Part shown: piece by piece, positions 51,285-61,225 of the stretch
Layout: every line of letters begins with the position of its first letter
How positions within the stretch are numbered: position 1 is the stretch's first letter
IMG/VR virus record: IMGVR_UViG_2834368228_000004
Location: 1 to 64,000 of that record
Direction: 5' to 3' (one strand)
DNA: 64,000 nucleotides
Source: a virus
Lineage: Duplodnaviria; Caudoviricetes
Position numbers and translations under genes: made by a program
Notes under the pieces: generated by a model
What the model was told of the DNA's origin: nothing
Seen by the model: only the letters and a program-made list of their open reading frames with translations
Database searches by the model: none

Positions 51285-52130
51285 TCAAATTTCAATGTCT
51301 GCAAACTCATCGACAATTGACTGTTTTCTTATTGCACTTTTAATATCTTCTAATACTTCATGACGTTTACTAATAAGATCGGTTATCCTATCTGGATCCT
51401 TTACTTCATTTAACTTAATTAAGGACTGTTCTTTAACTAATGAGTATTGAGCATCTGACTCTTTAAAATCTTCTACTCCAATGATTTTGCAGCGCAATGA
51501 AATGTCACAAAAATCTCCGTCATCAATGCTTGTAATATCTTTCTCTTGACTAGGAACAACAGTGAAAATTTTATTATCTGCTAGTGAATAAAATTTAAAA
51601 CAGCATTTTTTAAATTCTGTCTGTTTAATTATAGTTGTTTGCAATATATCTTTAATATGAACGGAAAGATCATCATTGAAATACTGAAACTGTAATCTTT
51701 CAAATGTTGAGATATGGTTAGTTCCATTATTAAGTGAGATTAACCCTACACCGCCTTTAAAGACATATAGCTCTTTTAACTGAATAAGAAACTTATCACT
51801 ATATCTCTCTTTAAGATATGAATGAAAAACTTCTAACTCCTTCTTCATGATAGGATGACTCTCTATTTTATGATTTATATTGTCAGCATCGATTTTCTTG
51901 ATTGTATCTAATAATATGGCCTTAAATGTATCAATTCTTAATCGCAATTTTGTAAACATGCTTTTATCGATATAAAATGGTATAGAAATTATATCATCTT
52001 CCACCTTTATCTCAGATGTAACAGTATGTTTTTTGCTTGTTTTTATATCATAGTATAACTGATCAGAAAATGGATTTATATCAGTTACTTTATTCAAATC
52101 AATTGTATCTTGATCTATAAGACTCATCAT
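51285..52130 (-). CDS. Hypothetical protein
   Basis: Long ORF within the operon. Confidence 0.55.
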   Translation of the reverse strand: MMSLIDQDTIDLNKVTDINPFSDQLYYDIKTSKKHTVTSEIKVEDDIISIPFYIDKSMFTKLRLRIDTFKAILLDTIKKIDADNINHKIESHPIMKKELEVFHSYLKERYSDKFLIQLKELYVFKGGVGLISLNNGTNHISTFERLQFQYFNDDLSVHIKDILQTTIIKQTEFKKCCFKFYSLADNKIFTVVPSQEKDITSIDDGDFCDISLRCKIIGVEDFKESDAQYSLVKEQSLIKLNEVKDPDRITDLISKRHEVLEDIKSAIRKQSIVDEFADIEI

Positions 52131-52153
52131 GACACATCTTCCTTTTCATATTC

Positions 52154-52969
52154 TTATAAACTCTCATCTAAATGCTTTTTATATCTGTTTTCACATAAAG
52201 AAGAGCAATAATCTTCCGTTTGAGTAGAACCCCCACAAGCTTTACAATGGTTACTTGAATTAAACTCATTCATATACTCATCAGCATACTTGTAGATAAA
52301 TTGATTGTCTTTATTTTGGCGTGTCATTGTTTCAGATGCAAAAATAACACGTTGATTAGCGGAACCTATAAATCCACCATCATGCATATACTTAGCAATC
52401 GTTAGACGCTGCTCATGCTTGTACTCACCATCAACAATGATATCAATGTATCTCATCAATTCGAGAACATCATCAGTAGTAAGTATTTCAAATTTAACTA
52501 AAGTTGGATTCCCTTCTGCATCTGTCTTCTTAATCTCAAATGAAGCTGAATAATCCTTTAATTGTTCTAACATGGCATCCTGGTGTCTTTCTTTAGACCA
52601 ATAAAAATTCAACCCGTGCTTCATTAAGACATCTAACTTATACATTGTATACATGACAATATGAAAGGTAGGATCTTTCTTCTTAAGTTCTTTTGCGACT
52701 TTGCCAATAGCTCTACCTTGTAAAATTGGCTCTCCACCGCAAAATGTTACTTGACGATTCCATGCATCTCTATCTATAATCTCAATGATTTCATTGATTG
52801 TCAGTTTTCGATACTTACCTTCAAACGTCCATGTTGTTTGATTAAAGCAACCTTCACAAGGACTAACAACTCCACGAATACAACCCTTTGTAAAGAGTTC
52901 TAATCGTTTTCCAGGTCCAGCAGTTAAGGCATTCTTGGTCACACCAATAAAACGCATAAAATCTACCAT
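52154..52969 (-). CDS. NrdG-like radical SAM / 4Fe-4S activase
   Basis: GPGKRLELFTKGC-X7-CEGCFN, TFCGGEP, DIIVDG, GSANQR. Confidence 0.82.
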   Translation of the reverse strand: MVDFMRFIGVTKNALTAGPGKRLELFTKGCIRGVVSPCEGCFNQTTWTFEGKYRKLTINEIIEIIDRDAWNRQVTFCGGEPILQGRAIGKVAKELKKKDPTFHIVMYTMYKLDVLMKHGLNFYWSKERHQDAMLEQLKDYSASFEIKKTDAEGNPTLVKFEILTTDDVLELMRYIDIIVDGEYKHEQRLTIAKYMHDGGFIGSANQRVIFASETMTRQNKDNQFIYKYADEYMNEFNSSNHCKACGGSTQTEDYCSSLCENRYKKHLDESL

Positions 52970-53137
52970 GTAATGCACCTCTTTTATAAAAATGTAATGC
53001 CTTACTTTTATTAGTTTAAAACAAAAGCTTAGGAAAAGCAACCAAAAATAGTGATATTTTGAAAAAACTGCAGATAATCCTAGATAATTAAACGTAACAC
53101 ACTGTGAGCATACGGATTCTAGGCTTATCTGCAGTAA

Positions 53138-53797
53138 TCATTGCATATTTGAAATTATAACAGTTGCTTCTTCAATATGACTTGTAGCTGTTATGATATA
53201 ATCTGTACATTCATTTATTAAATCTACATCTAAAGTATCAATAGCAGTTGGATAATTATCTACGACAAATTGATAATTATCAGCTGCAAGCAACAATTCG
53301 CTATGTGAATCTTCAAATTTCTCTGGAGGTTCTAATGATCTAATTTCTCCAATTAAACTTTCTAACTCTAATAGTTCAAATGCTACTGAAATCACCCAAT
53401 CCTCACTATAAAGTAAGGTTACATCTTGACCTGCTTCACCTGTCAATATTGAAAGAGATTCCATTGTACTAGCAAAGCCTGTCATAACTTCAACCATAGC
53501 TAACTCATAGTCCATTTCAAGTGATAAATCAGAACTTGATTCAACTGTTTCTGTAGATGAAGTTTCAGACTTATTTCTTGATGTATCTTCTAAATCTGAT
53601 TCTTCCTTTTCTACTTCTTGTTCCTCTTGTTCGCTTTCTTCTGGTGTTCTTTCACCGCTTCCTTCTGCTGTCTCTTTATCACTGTCTTCTGTGGGAGCTG
53701 CTGTCTCTGAACAGGCCGCTACAGTGAATAATAACATCATTAAGATTAGTACCATGTAAGTTTGTTTTTTATTAAATAGCTGTTTTAAAATATTCAT
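53138..53797 (-). CDS. Lipoprotein
   Basis: Signal peptide with VAAC lipobox, acidic linker, helical C-terminal domain. Confidence 0.75.
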   Translation of the reverse strand: MNILKQLFNKKQTYMVLILMMLLFTVAACSETAAPTEDSDKETAEGSGERTPEESEQEEQEVEKEESDLEDTSRNKSETSSTETVESSSDLSLEMDYELAMVEVMTGFASTMESLSILTGEAGQDVTLLYSEDWVISVAFELLELESLIGEIRSLEPPEKFEDSHSELLLAADNYQFVVDNYPTAIDTLDVDLINECTDYIITATSHIEEATVIISNMQ

Positions 53798-53864
53798 TAA
53801 AAATCCTCCCTAAAATTAAATAAAGGAGAACTTCTCAAATAAGAAATTCTCCTTTATAGTGTAG

Positions 53865-54557
53865 TTATTTTATGTTTGATCTGATGGTTAAGCTTTCAGT
53901 AGGCATTGTTAAAGCAAATCCATTAGGGAGTTTCTCTTTAAACTTAGGAAGCTCCCTTTCGATTACTTCTTCTCTTATTTCTTTCTCACGCTTTTTCGTA
54001 ACTTTTTTACTTTCACTCAACTGCTTCTCTCTATCTACTTCAAGCTCTACTATAGAGCTTACAATCTCTTCAAATTCATTCATGTAATACTTTTCAGATA
54101 ATCCTGTATCTAAAGGACCTGGCTTAATAAACTTTTCTAGCATATTCTGCTCAGCAAAATGCTGTCTAACCTCATCTTCATTTTCAACTTTTATTTTATG
54201 GGGTTTCTTTTGTAAATATGCAGTACCAATATCAAGTGATAATTTTTTACCTTTATTATCATTTCGAACAAAATTATCTACGATAGAATCAATTGCTGCA
54301 ATGTCTTCATTTTTTTTGTTAATTCTACGGTCCCAGTCTCTCATGATCGCAGATTTCATTGCTTTCATTTTTTCAATATCTTTTTTATTATATTCACGAG
54401 CCAACATCATTTTACGAATTGTGTATTCGTCCAATTCAGAGCGTACATATCCTCCTCCTTGTTCTACATTTCCAAGCATTTCTGCCATCATTTCTTGTAA
54501 AGATCCAGCTGCTTCTTCTCCTTCAAATACTAATGCATCAAGTAATTCTGCACTCAT
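53865..54557 (-). CDS. Gam-like host-nuclease inhibitor family protein
   Basis: Coiled coil followed by KKLSLDIGTAYLQK, similar to Mu Gam-like proteins. Confidence 0.55.
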   Translation of the reverse strand: MSAELLDALVFEGEEAAGSLQEMMAEMLGNVEQGGGYVRSELDEYTIRKMMLAREYNKKDIEKMKAMKSAIMRDWDRRINKKNEDIAAIDSIVDNFVRNDNKGKKLSLDIGTAYLQKKPHKIKVENEDEVRQHFAEQNMLEKFIKPGPLDTGLSEKYYMNEFEEIVSSIVELEVDREKQLSESKKVTKKREKEIREEVIERELPKFKEKLPNGFALTMPTESLTIRSNIK

Positions 54558-54614
54558 ATTATATTCTCCTCTCAGACAATTGTTTTTAAATTTTTTAAAT
54601 CATAAAATAAGCCG

Positions 54615-55226
54615 TTAGGCGTTAAGAGAAAATTTTGTATCTCTTAATCTTTTTAAACGTTTCTCAATAGAGTTAACTGAACGATTTAATATATTAGCAA
54701 TATCTTTCTGTTTCATATTTTGGTTATAATACATATTCCATAGCTTTGTATCTTTAGCTGGAGTCCAATACTTCCCTTTATTTGAAGGTAATTGCACATC
54801 TATGGATATTTGCTCATCTAACCATTCTGGTTCTGGATTTAAAACTCTTCGCTCAATTCGTGACCAAATATAAAGATCTCTATTATTGCTGGCCCAATTC
54901 CAAAACCTTTTTACATCAATATAGTAAGGTTGGTTTTTTGAATTATTTCCTTTGAAGTAGAGTTTTTCACCTGGAAGACCTTTTTCATGTATATGCCTTA
55001 TTATTGTACTAGTATCCACATGAAGTGTTTTAGCTAATTCATTAGCAGAAAACATTCCAGTTTCTATGTGCTTTGTTGCACCCAATCTCTCCAATTGTCT
55101 TTGGACAGATCCTGGAGTTCGATTAAGACGTTTTGCTATAGCCTTAATTGTCTTGACTCTCCCTACTAGGAATAAGAGTTCTTCGTTTGCTTCTTCTGTC
55201 CAAGGATTTATATATTGATTAGACAA
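54615..55226 (-). CDS. Multi-HTH DNA-binding protein
   Basis: WTEE...IAKRLNRT and WTPA...IANILNRS repeats. Confidence 0.7.
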   Translation of the reverse strand: MSNQYINPWTEEANEELLFLVGRVKTIKAIAKRLNRTPGSVQRQLERLGATKHIETGMFSANELAKTLHVDTSTIIRHIHEKGLPGEKLYFKGNNSKNQPYYIDVKRFWNWASNNRDLYIWSRIERRVLNPEPEWLDEQISIDVQLPSNKGKYWTPAKDTKLWNMYYNQNMKQKDIANILNRSVNSIEKRLKRLRDTKFSLNA

Positions 55227-55239
55227 ATGAATCCCCCTT

Positions 55240-55770
55240 TTATTCTTCTTTTTGCAATAAGCGAATCTGTTCTACAAGGGTTTGAATAGTTTGAACGTAA
55301 GATAAGATAACATCAAACTCAATTGCCACATAATCAGTATCAGATCCTTTGAAGCGAAAAGGTAGAAAATAATATTCTTTTCCCATTTGAGAAGCTTCTT
55401 TCTTAATACCATCAAGCCACTCTTTCTTGATAGTTATTTGCTTCACTCCTCTTGCATCTCTAGAACCTCTTTCTTTAAACTCTGCTAAGGAAGCTGTAAT
55501 CTCTTCTTCCGTTATCATATCTCCTAATGCAAAGTGTAAGGCTCCACTAGCAATTTGCCTGCGAGCGACTTCTTTCGCTTGTTTTACAGTTGTATTGTAT
55601 TTTTTAGTACCTTGATTTTCAAAATCAATTCCTTGTTTTATGTGCTTATTTTGATTTGATCGAGTTCGTAGTGTTGTTTTTTCTTTATGGGGACTATACA
55701 TATTAAAATTAAAGCATTTATAGCAAGATTTGTTTAAATTTGCGCATTCTTCTGCAAATTTGCACTCCAT
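55240..55770 (-). CDS. PD-(D/E)XK Holliday junction resolvase-like protein
   Basis: FE...SGA...GD...EFK...ITIKKEWL. Confidence 0.6.
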   Translation of the reverse strand: MECKFAEECANLNKSCYKCFNFNMYSPHKEKTTLRTRSNQNKHIKQGIDFENQGTKKYNTTVKQAKEVARRQIASGALHFALGDMITEEEITASLAEFKERGSRDARGVKQITIKKEWLDGIKKEASQMGKEYYFLPFRFKGSDTDYVAIEFDVILSYVQTIQTLVEQIRLLQKEE

Positions 55771-55850
55771 GTTATACACCTCGGTTAAATTAAGGAGGAG
55801 ACTCAAAATTGAGAACTCCCCCTTAATGCATTTCATTACCATTTTGAAAA

Positions 55851-56330
55851 TTAAGCTTCTAATAAGCTTCTTTCTAGATTTAAAAGTGAATTGTTTGTAA
55901 TTTTTGCGCCAGACTTCACATGAAGGGTTTGAATAATCGACTCTAAGATATAATAATGTCCATTAAAGACATCCTCTAAATCAAATAAATCTATATGATC
56001 ATTTTGCTGAAAGGGTAATACAGCTTCAGGAACAGGATATCTTTGAGCGAGTTGTATCCCAGCAGCTCTTCTAGCAAGATCATTTTGGCCTCTATAATTA
56101 TCACGCAAAACATTTTTTATAAGGCGTGTAATTGCATCCTTATTTCTACGAGCCTTTGCAAAATAGAAGTTCACTTCTGAGAAAAAATTCGCAAGGTTTA
56201 CATTAAAATCATGTAATGTTGTAGTATCATTTACAGTTGGCACTAACAACTCATTATTTCGACAACTTAAATTGTCGACGATGGTTTCCCACTCATTTAA
56301 ATTTTCCATTAGCAATCTTTCTAATATCAT
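55851..56330 (-). CDS. Hypothetical protein
   Basis: ORF with AGGTG RBS. Confidence 0.5.
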   Translation of the reverse strand: MILERLLMENLNEWETIVDNLSCRNNELLVPTVNDTTTLHDFNVNLANFFSEVNFYFAKARRNKDAITRLIKNVLRDNYRGQNDLARRAAGIQLAQRYPVPEAVLPFQQNDHIDLFDLEDVFNGHYYILESIIQTLHVKSGAKITNNSLLNLERSLLEA

Positions 56331-56631
56331 CTATAATCACCTATTAAAATAAATTAGCAACCTCATTTGTCCTTGATCCCATAGAGATATCATTAGCAAC
56401 TTCAGAAAGCTTAAATAAGTAAATATTCTGTAATTCTTTTTTTATCTCACTTGCTAGTGATGGAGTTAAAGATATCTCTTGTTTTAACTCTTGAATCAAG
56501 CGTTGAGTATCATTGCTTGATGAATGATACTCTATTTCTTGAATCATTTTAAATAACTCATTTGCAAAATATAAGACTTTCTCGCTGCTAGCACCAGTTG
56601 TATGTGTTATGGATAACAAATCGTACACCCC

Positions 56632-57177
56632 TCAGTTTTTTTCTTTGAAAATTAATGCTTTTGTGTCTTCGCCCAATTCAGTTATGCCAATAATATTCTC
56701 TTCACTCAATATTGATAAACCATTTTCATATGATTTAACAATATCTTGAAGCCCTGTAATTAACCCCTGTTGCTCTTTAACTTGTTTTAGCAAGTGATCT
56801 TTTTCAGCTTGTAAGGATCGGATTGTATCATCTTTTGTTTTCATTAGTGCCTGAAAGCGATTCAAGCTACTGTTTAGATCTGAAGCCATTGTAAGAATGT
56901 CATTAACTTCTTTCTCTTCATCTGGAACACCATAGTATATAATCTCATTCGATTCGGTCTTATCACTTGAAGGGACTATACCTATAATACCTTCAGATTG
57001 AAGAATTCGAACACTACGATGAACTGTAGCATCACTTAACCCAATGTTCTCACCAATTTTGGCCATTGATTCTCTTAAGCGTCCATCAGTCTCCTTTGAT
57101 TTTTCTTGAATATAGTCATGCACTTTCTTAGCACTTGGCTTTAAGCGACCTAATATTTCATTCTCATTCCTTGCCAT
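56632..57177 (-). CDS. Winged-HTH and coiled-coil protein
   Basis: MAKIGENIGLSDATVHRSVRILQSEGII. Confidence 0.7.
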   Translation of the reverse strand: MARNENEILGRLKPSAKKVHDYIQEKSKETDGRLRESMAKIGENIGLSDATVHRSVRILQSEGIIGIVPSSDKTESNEIIYYGVPDEEKEVNDILTMASDLNSSLNRFQALMKTKDDTIRSLQAEKDHLLKQVKEQQGLITGLQDIVKSYENGLSILSEENIIGITELGEDTKALIFKEKN

Positions 57178-57343
57178 CGTATTACCCCTCCAGTTTTTTC
57201 GATAACATTATTATTCACATAAGTCCTCCATTATAATACATTACATTTTATATTTTGTAAAAGCATTACAATATTATGCACTAAAAATTAAATGTTATTT
57301 GAGATAACGATAGAAAAGGAAATATATAGATCGTTTCGTATCA

Positions 57344-57619
57344 TTAAACTTTAATTCCACGGATGTCTCTAATTTCCTCTATCTCTTTATCATTGTATGT
57401 TCGATAATTGTTTTTTGGATTCCTTCTAGGCTTGGGAATTAGACCTCTTTCTTCCCAGTAGATAATGGTATCTCTGTGAACTCCAACTTTTTTCGCTGCT
57501 TCTGACAATTTATACTCTCGAATAATTGTAATCACTCCTTTGTTGCTGTAAACGAAATTGCCACTGATTAAAAGCCATTTGCATGTGTTGAAATAATTCC
57601 TCGTATTTAGAAGGCTCAT
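57344..57619 (-). CDS. MerR-type HTH protein (true start probably near 57535)
   Basis: LSEAAKKVGVHRDTIIYWEERGLIP...NNYRTY. Confidence 0.8.
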   Translation of the reverse strand: MSLLNTRNYFNTCKWLLISGNFVYSNKGVITIIREYKLSEAAKKVGVHRDTIIYWEERGLIPKPRRNPKNNYRTYNDKEIEEIRDIRGIKV

Positions 57620-58139
57620 GTATTATATCTTCTAAGGAATGTGTTACCACAAAATCAGAACCATTAATAAGTGTTTTTCCTTGACCAGGAAAATCTATTT
57701 GATCAGATAATGAATTTGCCGGTCCATAGCCAAGAGCAACTATCATCTTTGGTTGAATGACGATAACTTCAGACGATAGGTGCTTATGGCAAGGATCTAC
57801 AGCTTCAACAGACTTCTTAATAGAGGTTAAATAAATATGATCTAAATCTACATGCAATTGTCTAATAATGTGAGATAAAATTTGACCATGTTCAGTTTCA
57901 AAGTGAACATCATAAGGAGTCTCACCCACAATCATAAAAGATGCATGCATATTGTTTAATGGCAATGTATAATCTCCTTCATGATATGAACACGTACTAC
58001 AACTCATAATACTTGTTTTCAAATGAAAATGAGAAATTCCATTACTCCTATTAACAAAGGAAGGATAAGAATTGTAATAATCAGGTTTAAATATAATAGG
58101 AGATATATCTGACATATCAAATGCAAAATCATCTTTCAT
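57510..58139 (-). CDS. Uracil-DNA glycosylase family 4-like protein (degenerate)
   Basis: CSTC, MIVGETP, IYLTSIKK, QPKMIVALG. Confidence 0.65.
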   Translation of the reverse strand: MKDDFAFDMSDISPIIFKPDYYNSYPSFVNRSNGISHFHLKTSIMSCSTCSYHEGDYTLPLNNMHASFMIVGETPYDVHFETEHGQILSHIIRQLHVDLDHIYLTSIKKSVEAVDPCHKHLSSEVIVIQPKMIVALGYGPANSLSDQIDFPGQGKTLINGSDFVVTHSLEDIIHEPSKYEELFQHMQMAFNQWQFRLQQQRSDYNYSRV

Positions 58140-58153
58140 AAATGAACTCTCCT

Positions 58154-59263
58154 TTATTCAGTTAATTGTAATTCTTCTTCTATATCTTCTTCCATGCTTG
58201 TAGCATCGATAAACTGTACATCTTTTGGTATACGGCCTTGAACAATATCATTGATATACTTAAATAATTCAGGTGACTCTTTCAATACTCTCTCTAAAGT
58301 ATCCTTACCTTGCCATTTTAATTCTTTACCTTGTTCATCTAAGTAAGGAGATTTAGAATCTTCAGGATCTGCTCCTAAGAAGTAATAAGCTCCTTTTCGA
58401 TGAATGATACCCATTTCAATAGCAACATTCATAATATCTTTTGATGTGTCAAATAAGGTGTCATAGTAATAATCAACTTCAGATTTTGTAAATGGTCTAG
58501 CTACTTTGTTTTTCTTAACAGAAAGAGTCATTGTTTGACCATAAACCATATCACCTTTTTTAATTTCTTTCTTTCTTACTTCTACTCGAATAGAAGCAAA
58601 GAATTTCAATGCACGGCCTCCTGGAGTCGTCTCCGGGTTTCCGTACATTACTCCAACCTTCTCACGAATCTGATTAATACAAATAATTAATACATCGTTT
58701 TTTAATGCTGGAGCAGTAATTTTTCGAAGTGCTTTAGATACCATTCGTGCTTGTAAACCCACTTGATTATCTTCATTACTTCCTTCAATCTCTTTTTTAG
58801 GAGTTAGAGCAGCAACTGAATCAATAACAACAAGTCCTACTTCACCGGAGTGAATCATTGCTTCGGTAGTATCAAAGGCTTGCTCCCCATAATCTGGCTG
58901 ATTAATAAGCATTCCAGTTTCTTCTGAAACATCTACTCCTAAACGCTCAACATGGAGTGGATCTAAAGCGTGCTCTGCATCTATATAGCACACATTAGGT
59001 CTTTTGGAGAAAAGGTGATTAGGATCTTTAGCTAATTTTTGATATTGAGCAACAGTTTGTAGAGCAATTGTTGTTTTTCCGCTTGATTCTGGTCCATATA
59101 ATTCTATAACTCTACCAAGTGGCCATCCACCAATTCCAAGCGCATAATCAAAACTAGGTATAGCAGTTGGAACTGGTTGGACTTTAACACTTTCTGTATC
59201 TTCAAACGAAAAGACTGTACCAGCCCCTAACTTTTTGTTCATCATATCTTTAAAGTTAGACAA
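58154..59263 (-). CDS. recA: Recombinase A
   Basis: YGPESSGKTT, DAEHALD, IDSVAAL, NQIREKVGVMYGNPETTPGGRALKF. Confidence 0.97.
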   Translation of the reverse strand: MSNFKDMMNKKLGAGTVFSFEDTESVKVQPVPTAIPSFDYALGIGGWPLGRVIELYGPESSGKTTIALQTVAQYQKLAKDPNHLFSKRPNVCYIDAEHALDPLHVERLGVDVSEETGMLINQPDYGEQAFDTTEAMIHSGEVGLVVIDSVAALTPKKEIEGSNEDNQVGLQARMVSKALRKITAPALKNDVLIICINQIREKVGVMYGNPETTPGGRALKFFASIRVEVRKKEIKKGDMVYGQTMTLSVKKNKVARPFTKSEVDYYYDTLFDTSKDIMNVAIEMGIIHRKGAYYFLGADPEDSKSPYLDEQGKELKWQGKDTLERVLKESPELFKYINDIVQGRIPKDVQFIDATSMEEDIEEELQLTE

Positions 59264-59265
59264 AA

Positions 59266-59619
59266 TTATTTCACTCCCTCATATGTAGCAATGAATTCAT
59301 CGGAAGCATCTTTTGCTTGCTTAATGGTTTGCAAAAGCTTTCGAATTTCTTCTGATTGCTCTGGGTTTTGTTTTGCAATTTTTGTTAGTTCTGCTCCTCG
59401 TTGATTCAAATGTCTAGACGCATGCTGCATAGTTGTAACTAATACATGATCGGGAGCTTCTTCTTCATCTTTAGCAAAATCAAAACAAATGTCATACGTT
59501 TCTTTAAACATTTTTACTTTTGCGGTTTTTGATGGTACGCCCTTATCTAAATAGTAAGCATATATGCCTTTCAAAAAACGATGAAAGGCATATATTGGCT
59601 TAGCTGGTTTCCTACTCAT
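59266..59619 (-). CDS. Hypothetical protein
   Basis: ORF between ssb and recA. Confidence 0.55.
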   Translation of the reverse strand: MSRKPAKPIYAFHRFLKGIYAYYLDKGVPSKTAKVKMFKETYDICFDFAKDEEEAPDHVLVTTMQHASRHLNQRGAELTKIAKQNPEQSEEIRKLLQTIKQAKDASDEFIATYEGVK

Positions 59620-59635
59620 CTGACAACAACTCTCC

Positions 59636-60346
59636 TTATTGTCCTACGAACTGTCCTTGAGGTGGTCCAAATTGTTGTCCTTGTGGTTGTTGAGGAGCTA
59701 CACCTGGTCCACCGAAACCACCTTGTGGAGGTACAAACCCACCTTGTGGTTGCTGTCCTTGGAACTGCTGTGGATTTCCTTGATTTTGGAAATTGTTCTG
59801 CTGTGTCTGTTGTTGCTGTCCAGAACCAGAATTATTACCTTTATTTTGACCAGCACCAAGTCCCATTAATTCATTCACACGAATTGTTGGGTAATAGTCA
59901 TAAATTGCTTTACCATTTGGATCTAACACATCTTGACCATTGTTTTGACGCTTTCTGCGTTTCAAATGAGGAATACCTTTCACAAAAACTTGACGACCAG
60001 ACTTACAATAATCCATTAGGAAATCATGCGTAGACGATCTTCCACCTTGATTCACCCACACTTCAATATTCCAAAAATCTGTTGGAGCATCTTGTCCACG
60101 ATGATTGTTTGCAATAGTTGCTTTTGCGACTTTTGCACCACTTGACATGACTTCTGATTTCGGGTCTTCTGTTAAACGAGCAATGATTGTGATTTCAGAA
60201 AAACTTGGTGAATTTGAACCTCCACCATTACCACCTGTATTTTGATTAGGGTTAAATTGACCTTGAGGTTGTTGAAACCCTCCTTGAGGTTGTTGGAAAC
60301 CTCCTTGTGGCTGTTGAAATCCATTGTTATTAAATCCGTTATTCAT
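59636..60346 (-). CDS. ssb: Single-stranded DNA-binding protein with Q/G/N-rich tails
   Basis: ARLTEDP, TDFWNIEVW and GRQVFVKG OB-fold motifs. Confidence 0.88.
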   Translation of the reverse strand: MNNGFNNNGFQQPQGGFQQPQGGFQQPQGQFNPNQNTGGNGGGSNSPSFSEITIIARLTEDPKSEVMSSGAKVAKATIANNHRGQDAPTDFWNIEVWVNQGGRSSTHDFLMDYCKSGRQVFVKGIPHLKRRKRQNNGQDVLDPNGKAIYDYYPTIRVNELMGLGAGQNKGNNSGSGQQQQTQQNNFQNQGNPQQFQGQQPQGGFVPPQGGFGGPGVAPQQPQGQQFGPPQGQFVGQ

Positions 60347-60591
60347 AATTATTTCTCCTCTCAGTTTTTGAGTTTTTATTTTTTCTACTGAACTAGCCGA
60401 CAGGCGTTATTAGTTTACATATTGCAAATAGTAATATATTGAATTTCCTTGAATTTTAATATCAAAGATTTTTACCTTTTCAAGACCTTTATTAGTCTTA
60501 ACTTCAAGTTCTAAATCGACTTCTAAATCTTTATCTTTTGGATACATGAAATCTATTTCATATCCTTCAGGAAAAATAAGCACATTTCTCA

Positions 60592-60951
60592 TTAAGATGC
60601 TTCTTTAATGTCCAATACTGCAGCATCAAAAGCAACAATAGAGTAATCTTTTTTATAGTCATCTTTAATTTTCCGAAGGAGAACATTCACATATCCATTA
60701 AAAGTAAGGTAGTTTCCAACTTCAATAAAATCAAAATTACTTTTCATCATAGGAGAAACAAAAATAAATATTGTTCCTACATGATCATCTAATTCTAAGA
60801 TATAATGTGATGAAAGCAGCTTGATGTCATCTGTAATAGGAGGTATTATTGATAAAATTTTTCCTGCTACCACAACAGAATCAAGATGATTACACTCATT
60901 CTTAATTTGCTCTGAAAAATGAGTCGCATATTTTTCCAACTTCTCGAACAA
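60592..60951 (-). CDS. Stand-alone OB-fold protein resembling the DnaE OB domain
   Basis: VVVAGKI...LELDDHVGTIFIFV...EVGNYLTFNG. Confidence 0.55.
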   Translation of the reverse strand: MFEKLEKYATHFSEQIKNECNHLDSVVVAGKILSIIPPITDDIKLLSSHYILELDDHVGTIFIFVSPMMKSNFDFIEVGNYLTFNGYVNVLLRKIKDDYKKDYSIVAFDAAVLDIKEAS

Positions 60952-61225
60952 AATTAATTCCCCCTATCACCCTTCATTTGACGATGAAGTTCTTCTAAAA
61001 TCATAGATAAATCTTCTTGGTTTATAAACTTGTTTTGAAGTAATAAATTAAGCATTGCATTTGTTAACATATAAGAAGAAAAAATCATTTCATCTTTTGA
61101 AGGAAGTAATGAACCTTCTTCAAACATGGTAAGCTTTACTTTATTTTCCTCTTCGTTTTCATCTGGAAGCACTTCTTTTAAAAAATTAAGTTCTTGCTCA
61201 TCTCTACCCAAGACAGACATCTCCT

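Noticed and set aside
40315-60408. GCC-N4-GGC mini-hairpins near gene ends (about 40315, 54611, 60398)
   Set aside because: Only three short copies; cannot be separated from chance or generic mRNA-stabilising hairpins.
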